From contig DANB01000016.1 of assembly GCA_002497245.1 (NCBI GenBank), forward strand, positions 1 through 63,403: a DNA stretch of 63,403 nucleotides. The letters are read 5' to 3'. Below are positions 57,641-63,403 of this stretch, piece after piece; position 1 is the stretch's first letter, and each line of letters begins with the position of its first letter. The DNA comes from Euryarchaeota archaeon UBA439 (GTDB taxonomy: Archaea; Thermoplasmatota; Poseidoniia; Poseidoniales; Thalassarchaeaceae). The notes under the pieces are model-generated. The model searched no databases, was not told the DNA's origin, and saw nothing but the letters and a program-made list of their open reading frames with translations. Both the position numbers and the translations under genes were made by a program.

Positions 57641-58500
57641 TGGCGTTAAAATATGCGTATCATCCAGGTAATGTGGCTCACTCCGGCTCCCCTGAAGTTT
57701 CAGACTCTATGATTCCTTTGGCTAAATCATTGGGTATCAAACTTACAAATCTCGATGGAGCAACAAGTTGTGGCGCCGGAATAATTAGACAAGCAAACAG
57801 AAAGTTACAATTAGCATTAAATGCCCGAATTTTTGCACAGGCTGAATCACTTGGACTGGAAATAATAACACCATGCGCATCAACTGCGGGCAATCTTTCT
57901 GAAGATTTGTCAGAATTGCAATCAGACCCTATACTATTAGCAGAAATTAACGATGTTCTGAATAAGACATGTGGTATGGAGTTTAAAGGAGAAACTTCAG
58001 TTAATCATCTATTGCACGTCATTGTGGATGAGATAGGGCTAGATAAGGTCAAATCTATGGTATTGAACCCTATTGGTTTCAGAGTTGCCTCATATTATGG
58101 TCCTAATATGCAACAAGATGGATTTTGTGGAGGCGATGATGTCTATGATCCAAATTATATGGAGCAGTTGATGAGAGTTTTAGGGGGGGAGTCCGTTGAA
58201 TGGGATTCACGAATGCAAAGCGTAGGTGCACCTAGCCTTTTATCTGAGGAACCAACAGTTCTCAAATTGTCTGCCTCAGTTCTTAACGATGCCAAATCAG
58301 AAGGAGCACAATTAATAGTTAGTGCCTGTAATTTATCACATTCAGTAATGGATATATATCAAGGTAAAGCATCGCAGAGAACTGGTCTCAGAACAAATAT
58401 TCCGGTAGTTCATCTTTGTGAAATACTGACTTTTGCATTAGGTCATCATAATACCCGATTTGCCCAATTAAAGACAAGAGTAATGGTAATTGGAGATTAA
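57640..58500 (+). CDS. HdrB / type-E SdhE (CCG-domain) like protein with degenerate CCG motifs
   Basis: Two-fold repeat layout: YHPGN..TSCGAG..TPCASTAGN and YYGPN..FCGGDD..SACNLSHS, in place of GC..CCG..CxxC. TAATG overlap with the upstream gene. Confidence 0.7.
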   Translation: MALKYAYHPGNVAHSGSPEVSDSMIPLAKSLGIKLTNLDGATSCGAGIIRQANRKLQLALNARIFAQAESLGLEIITPCASTAGNLSEDLSELQSDPILLAEINDVLNKTCGMEFKGETSVNHLLHVIVDEIGLDKVKSMVLNPIGFRVASYYGPNMQQDGFCGGDDVYDPNYMEQLMRVLGGESVEWDSRMQSVGAPSLLSEEPTVLKLSASVLNDAKSEGAQLIVSACNLSHSVMDIYQGKASQRTGLRTNIPVVHLCEILTFALGHHNTRFAQLKTRVMVIGD

Positions 58501-58505
58501 TTACT

Positions 58506-60257
58506 TCATTTGCTGCCATTAAAATCTTCCAACCCGGTTTGGCCCATAGGTCTAAATCCAGAAGGTTCTATTTTCCCTACATCCTCGTTTTCATTGGTTT
58601 CAATTTCATTCAAATCTCTTTCTTTCATTTTCGGACGATAACTTTCTCTCTCATGTTTGACAAAGTCTGATGCTGAAATTATTTCCTCTCCGTTTTTTAT
58701 ACTGAAATTACCAATATTGGATAAATCTTGATGAGTTTTTCTTGGTAATTTCCTCCTCACTCTTTGAACAGTTCTATACATATTCTCTTCTTTTTTCTGA
58801 GCAGCTTTCCTCATATTTTCATCTCTAGTACCTTCCGCAATAAGGACCATGACTTCTCCTTCTCTGTGCCTCCCCGTTCTCCCTCTTCTCTGTATTGTCC
58901 TAATCTCACTCGCAACTGGCTCATAGAATATGACTAGATCGGCACTAGGGATGTCCAGTCCTTCTTCAGCGACAGAGGTTGCTACGAGAACATTATATTC
59001 ACCTTCTCTGAATTTATCCAGGACTTCTATTTGTTCTCTTGGTTTAAGTCCTTTTTTGCCTGATCTTTCTGACTGTCCTATCATTTGTATTGATTTCACT
59101 CCCCTCAAGTCAACCAGTGCTTTTTCTAAAGATTCCACAGTGTTCCTAAATGATGCAAAAACGATAATTTTGCTATCAGGGTCTCTTCTCAAACGATGTC
59201 TCACTAATCTTCTTACGGTGCCAACTTTATTGTGTATTTCTTCCATATCAATTAACGCTTTTCTTAATTCTATAATTCTCCGATCTTTATGAAAATTCTG
59301 AATTGATTTACTGGGATTGTTTTTCAATTCTGCCGACGTTTCTAGAAATTCTCTTGCTGCTGTTATTCCTTGTGTCAGAAGATGATTAATTAGATGATTC
59401 AGAGTCATAGCAGTTGCTATGTTTGATACTGAAGAATATCCTCTGGCATCTCCTAATTTAATAGAATGTTGTGCCCTATTCATAGCTTCTTTCAGCCCTC
59501 CAAATGAGGGCGGCCCTGTTCTAACATATTTTCCAAGTCTTCTTTCCCTATTTACGATACTGTTAATCCATAATTCTAATGGAGTTACTAATGTTTTTAT
59601 TTTTTCAGGAACATTGACTAGTATTTCTTGTATTTCTAAACCAGAAAGATAATCTCTCAACATTGGTTCATCTGCCTTTCTAATATGAATTCTTTTTATT
59701 TTTAATCTACTGCAAATTTCGTTGACAATCATTGAATTAGATCCTGGACTAGCAGTAGCTCCTAAAATAAGCCCATTTTTTGATGCTAAATTAAACATTT
59801 CTGCTGATTGAACCATTGCGTGTTTGCCGGTGGAGTGATGCGCCTCATCCAAAATTAATAATGAACATTCTTCTAATGATAAAATATCATTTAATACATC
59901 ATTACGTACAACTTGGGGTGTTGCTACAATTATCTTCGAAGTTTTCCATAATTTCTCACGCTTTTTAGGAAGATTACTACCAGTAATTGAGATCGCCTCA
60001 ACATTCTTGATAATCTTCTTCAGATCTTTTAGATGTTGATCAACTAGTGCACTAGTTGGCGCGATAAATAGTACCCATCCCTCGTTTCTATTCAATATTT
60101 CAGCAATCAACATCCAAGAAACTGCCGTTTTTCCAGCCGCTGTTGGTAGCACAAGTAACATGGATCCAGCAAGTGCTTCATCTACTGCTTCTAATTGATA
60201 AGCTCGACCTTCAACAGAGCCTTCAACTAACTCAGTATGTTGAACCACGTGTCTCAT
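58506..60257 (-). CDS. hef: Hef/FANCM-type SF2 helicase without a recognisable ERCC4 nuclease domain
   Basis: YQLEAV..LPTAAGKT, LILDEAHH, VATSVAEEGLDIPSADLVIFYEP, and QRRGRTGR. The C-terminal ~110 aa is a charged tail. Confidence 0.85.
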   Translation of the reverse strand: MRHVVQHTELVEGSVEGRAYQLEAVDEALAGSMLLVLPTAAGKTAVSWMLIAEILNRNEGWVLFIAPTSALVDQHLKDLKKIIKNVEAISITGSNLPKKREKLWKTSKIIVATPQVVRNDVLNDILSLEECSLLILDEAHHSTGKHAMVQSAEMFNLASKNGLILGATASPGSNSMIVNEICSRLKIKRIHIRKADEPMLRDYLSGLEIQEILVNVPEKIKTLVTPLELWINSIVNRERRLGKYVRTGPPSFGGLKEAMNRAQHSIKLGDARGYSSVSNIATAMTLNHLINHLLTQGITAAREFLETSAELKNNPSKSIQNFHKDRRIIELRKALIDMEEIHNKVGTVRRLVRHRLRRDPDSKIIVFASFRNTVESLEKALVDLRGVKSIQMIGQSERSGKKGLKPREQIEVLDKFREGEYNVLVATSVAEEGLDIPSADLVIFYEPVASEIRTIQRRGRTGRHREGEVMVLIAEGTRDENMRKAAQKKEENMYRTVQRVRRKLPRKTHQDLSNIGNFSIKNGEEIISASDFVKHERESYRPKMKERDLNEIETNENEDVGKIEPSGFRPMGQTGLEDFNGSK

Positions 60258-60369
60258 AGGTTACTGACCTCAAGGACAGGGTTCAAAATAGTTACACCGC
60301 TCGGCTTTTTCGTTATTCGCACTTTGAGTGTAATATTTCATTCCCGATTCTTTCATAAAGGGATGGTAG

Positions 60370-60549
60370 GTCGCAAGGCCGCTCACAACGTGAGGTACCA
60401 GACACTATAGGGCAATGCAAAAGCAACCCGCACACCAAAACCACATTCGTGTTTTTGGTTCGGTGTCACGGTATCTCCCTAGCGTTAAGAGCCCGGCAAA
60501 GTGCCGTACTGCGGCATGAAGTTGGTAATTTTAGAAGGAGGAAGCAAAA
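60370..60549 (+). promoter_or_regulatory. GC-rich structured 5' leader (or small ncRNA) upstream of the rpl3 operon
   Basis: Locally much more G+C-rich than its surroundings. Helices: CTCAC-AAC-GTGAG (60382-94); TACCAGACAC (60396-405) with GTGTCACGGTA (60463-73); imperfect hairpin 60431-60465; TGCCG-TACTG-CGGCA (60502-16). GGAGG at 60537-41. Confidence 0.35.
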
Positions 60550-61629
60550 ATGGCTGACCGTAGTAAACCCCGTCGTGGTAGCATGGGCTTTAGCCCTAGA
60601 AAAAGGGCAATTAGACCGTATGGTCGTATAACATCATGGCCGGAAACAGATGCATCAGAGATAAGAGTACAGGGATTTGCTGGTTGGAAGGCAGGAATGA
60701 CACACGTATTGATTAGAGATAATAACCCTCATTCCACTTCTGCGGGACAGGAAGTTAGGAAAGCAGTTACAGTTGTTGAAGCACCTCCTATGAGCGTATT
60801 AGCAGTTAGAGGATACAGAATGACTCCATACGGAATGCAAACTTCCGGTGAGTTTTGGATTAATGCATCCGATGAAGGTCCACAGGGATTAATGCCTCGA
60901 TTTGCTAACCAAACACGTGGTGAGCGTGACGCAGAAGAAGGTCGAAAACCGGAAAAGAGAGCTGGAAGAATTCCGGGAAGAAGTAATGGATCATCAGAAG
61001 CAGCTTTCGAGGCTTTAGTCAATTCTGATCTATGCGATGTTCGCCTTATTGTTGCAACTCAACCAGCTATGGTCAAGAGTGTAAATAGTAAGACTCCAGA
61101 AATTATGGAAGTAGGTTTAGTTGGTGGAGATAATAATGAAAAATTAATGTGGGCCAAAGAGCGCCTAGGTGGGACTATTACTGTATCAGATGTTTATGAT
61201 ATAGGTACTGAGATAGATGTTATTGGTGTAACTAAAGGTAAAGGATGGCAAGGTTCGATTAAAAGATGGGGAATCAAGCTCCTAAGTCACAAAAACAGTA
61301 AACGCCGAAGACAAGGTGGAAACATGGGTGATTTCGGTACAGGATACGTTAGGAAAACTATCCGTCAGGCGGGCCAGACAGGTTATCATCAGAGGACTGA
61401 AATGAATAAAAGAATTCTCAGGATATCCACACCTGATGAATCAGACATCACTCCAGAAGGTGGTTTCTTACACTACGGTGAAGTATCAAATGATTACATG
61501 ATTATCGAAGGAAGTCTTCCTGGGCCTGCTAAGCGAATGTTAAGATTCAGAGACGCTATTAGGCCTAGATCTAGTAAACCAGATGTTGATTTGACTTATG
61601 TCAGTACTTCGTCAAAGCAGGGGGTCTGA
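60550..61629 (+). CDS. rpl3: Ribosomal protein uL3
   Basis: MADRSKPRRGSMGFSPRKRA N-terminus, and GVTKGKGWQG. Confidence 0.95.
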   Translation: MADRSKPRRGSMGFSPRKRAIRPYGRITSWPETDASEIRVQGFAGWKAGMTHVLIRDNNPHSTSAGQEVRKAVTVVEAPPMSVLAVRGYRMTPYGMQTSGEFWINASDEGPQGLMPRFANQTRGERDAEEGRKPEKRAGRIPGRSNGSSEAAFEALVNSDLCDVRLIVATQPAMVKSVNSKTPEIMEVGLVGGDNNEKLMWAKERLGGTITVSDVYDIGTEIDVIGVTKGKGWQGSIKRWGIKLLSHKNSKRRRQGGNMGDFGTGYVRKTIRQAGQTGYHQRTEMNKRILRISTPDESDITPEGGFLHYGEVSNDYMIIEGSLPGPAKRMLRFRDAIRPRSSKPDVDLTYVSTSSKQGV

Positions 61630-61633
61630 ATAG

Positions 61634-62512
61634 ATGAAAGTAAAAACTTACAACTTACAGTCAAATGTTGAACAGGAAGAGTTAGATGCTGGTTTGTTAG
61701 CTGAATCTTATGTTGTAGAAACGACTGATGGTAAAGCAATGAATTTACCTTCATTCTTTGCATCTGAGATTCGTGAAGATTTAGTAAGATCAGCAGTTCA
61801 TGCATCTCGTGCTAATCGCAGGCAACCATATGGTCACAATGAACATGATGGAAAGCGTGCACCTCAGCCAGGAATGAAACATTCAGTTGAATGGTGGGGT
61901 AAAGGCCGTGGTGTATCTAGAATTATGAGAAAAACAGGTCAAAGAACAGGTGCTCAGAATCCACACACTCGTGGAGGACGAAGAGCACACGGACCTAAAG
62001 TAGCTAAAGATTGGTCACAGAAATTAAACAGTAAGCAGAAAACTCTAGCTCGTAATTCTGCTATTGCAGCCACGGTAGACCCTGAGATGGTATCCTCTCG
62101 AGGTCATAATTTTGATGAAAATGTAAGATTCCCAATCATTATCGATTCTTATACTGAATCTCGTGAAGGCTCAGTTGAAAAATTCGATGTTGAATCTTTA
62201 CCTTTACAGAACTCTACAAGAAAATTTGTTGCCATGATGGAAGGGCTTGGCCTTGGTGCTGATTTGATGAGAGCTAAATCTGGACGAACAATCCGCGCAG
62301 GTAAGGGTACGATGAGGGGTAGAAAATATCGTACACCTAAGAGTATTTTACTAGTAGTTGCAAATCGAGATGGTCTACACAAAGCAGCAAGAAATGTCCC
62401 AGGCGTTGACGTTGTAGCAGCTAAAGATTTGTGTGCAGAAGATCTTGCTCCGGGAGGAGATCTAGGTAGACTTACTGTTTGGACTAAATCAGCAATAGAG
62501 GCAATGGAGTGA
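61634..62512 (+). CDS. rpl4: Ribosomal protein uL4
   Basis: Position in the operon. WGKGRGVSR..TRGGRRAHGPK motif. Confidence 0.95.
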   Translation: MKVKTYNLQSNVEQEELDAGLLAESYVVETTDGKAMNLPSFFASEIREDLVRSAVHASRANRRQPYGHNEHDGKRAPQPGMKHSVEWWGKGRGVSRIMRKTGQRTGAQNPHTRGGRRAHGPKVAKDWSQKLNSKQKTLARNSAIAATVDPEMVSSRGHNFDENVRFPIIIDSYTESREGSVEKFDVESLPLQNSTRKFVAMMEGLGLGADLMRAKSGRTIRAGKGTMRGRKYRTPKSILLVVANRDGLHKAARNVPGVDVVAAKDLCAEDLAPGGDLGRLTVWTKSAIEAME

Positions 62513-62517
62513 TAAAT

Positions 62518-62808
62518 ATGGTGAACCCTTATGATATAATTTTGATGCCTTGGATTACTGAGAAAACTCTAGAAGCACGTAGAGTTGCTGATTTAGAAAA
62601 TAATTACAGAGAGAATAATAATCGAATTGAATTTATTGTTCGTCGAGAATCAACTAAGAAACAAATTCGTGATGCGGTTGAAATGTTACTAGATGTTAAA
62701 GTGGCCAAAGTAAATACGAAGATAACAATTACAGGTAAGCATGCAAGTATTAGACTTGCTGAAGGATATGATGCAGAGGAGGCCGCGCTTAAATTAGGCG
62801 CTTTCTGA
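62518..62808 (+). CDS. rpl23: Ribosomal protein uL23
   Basis: Position in the operon. PWITEKT N-terminal motif. ATG 62518 with GGAGTGA upstream is preferred over GTG 62509. Confidence 0.9.
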   Translation: MVNPYDIILMPWITEKTLEARRVADLENNYRENNNRIEFIVRRESTKKQIRDAVEMLLDVKVAKVNTKITITGKHASIRLAEGYDAEEAALKLGAF

Positions 62809-62818
62809 GGTGATATTT

Positions 62819-63403
62819 ATGGGTAAAAGAACAAGATCACAGCGTAGAGGCTCAAGTCCTAAGAATAAAGTTTCAAGCCACAAATTCCCTGCAATGAATA
62901 AGCTTCCAAGAGTTAGTGAGGAGATTGCAGAAGTAGTAGATCTGGTACATAGCCCAGTTCACACAACTCCTCTTGCCAAAATTAAGTTTGAAGATGGCAG
63001 AGTAGGTCATATGGCTGCTCCTGAGGGTATATCAATTGGACAAAACATTGCCTTCGGAGATAACGTTTCACTAAGGCCGGGCAATGTAACAACTCTTGAT
63101 AAGATACCTGAAGGAACTCCAGTATGCAATGTTGAATTAAGGCCAGGAGATGGCGGTAAATTAGCACGTTCAGGCGGTAATTCTGCAATTCTAGAGACTA
63201 GAATGGATGACAAAGTTAGAGTTAGGCTGCCCAGCGGTCGTTTGAAAGAACTAAATGCAAAATGTCGAGCAACCATTGGTGTACTTTCAGGACACGGAAG
63301 AACTGAAAAACCATTGATGAAGGCAGGAGCAGCACATTACAGAGCAAAAGCTCGTGGTAAATTGTATCCAACAGTTAGTGGTGTTGCAATGAATCCAGTT
63401 GAT
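62819..63403 (+). CDS. rpl2: Ribosomal protein uL2 (3' end outside window)
   Basis: Not in the ORF track because there is no in-window stop. My translation from ATG 62819 gives MGKRTRSQRRGSSPK...LRPGDGGKLARSGG...GVAMNPVD, open to the window end. Confidence 0.95.
   Translation, partial: MGKRTRSQRRGSSPKNKVSSHKFPAMNKLPRVSEEIAEVVDLVHSPVHTTPLAKIKFEDGRVGHMAAPEGISIGQNIAFGDNVSLRPGNVTTLDKIPEGTPVCNVELRPGDGGKLARSGGNSAILETRMDDKVRVRLPSGRLKELNAKCRATIGVLSGHGRTEKPLMKAGAAHYRAKARGKLYPTVSGVAMNPVD

Noticed and set aside
60262-60300. tRNA-like T-loop string GGGTTCAAAAT
   Set aside because: No flanking T-stem, acceptor stem or anticodon arm can be drawn.
60449-60631. 60-aa plus-strand ORF overlapping the rpl3 start
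   Set aside because: It is out of frame with the well-supported uL3 gene and lies in the structured leader. Its Arg-rich composition reflects the GC-rich RNA-like sequence.
1-63403. Search for CRISPR arrays, IS elements, integrases, prophage genes and rRNA
   Set aside because: No regularly spaced direct repeats, no transposase, integrase or capsid-like ORFs, and no rRNA-like conserved stretches were seen. The only clear DNA-level repeat is the intragenic flavodoxin duplication.

Overview
AT-rich, very gene-dense segment (about 60 genes, many start/stop overlaps) from an archaeal chromosome. Archaeal markers include a thermosome, ABCE1, archaeosine tRNA-guanine transglycosylase, archaeal-type TIM, CTP-dependent riboflavin kinase, an eL41-like mini-ORF, the uL3-uL4-uL23-uL2 operon, and an intron-containing tRNA-Trp whose intron carries a box C/D sRNA. 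These sit alongside bacterial or eukaryote-type genes (type II glutamine synthetase, D-amino-acid oxidase, GrpE, Kbl, PqqB-like), giant surface proteins and a secreted lipoprotein. That mix suggests a marine planktonic heterotrophic euryarchaeote (Marine Group II / Poseidoniales-like), but this is inference only. I saw no rRNA, CRISPR array, transposase or integrase. The most unusual locus is 55463-58500. One polypeptide joins two tandem flavodoxin domains to an SdhB/FrdB-like module that has lost essentially all Fe-S cysteine ligands. It is translationally coupled to an HdrB/SdhE-like protein whose CCG motifs are also eroded. Other notable items: (1) the tRNA-Trp intron C/D guide, which pairs so that C34 is the predicted 2'-O-methylation site; (2) an eL41 gene hidden inside a longer spurious ORF; (3) a tandem SQS-like/CrtB-like pair in hpnC-hpnD order; (4) a 7-gene double ABC-2 cluster with a Trp-rich orphan; (5) non-canonical metal sites in ArcTGT and ABCE1; (6) a GC-rich structured leader ahead of the ribosomal protein operon. 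All family calls come from motif recognition by eye, with no searches run.
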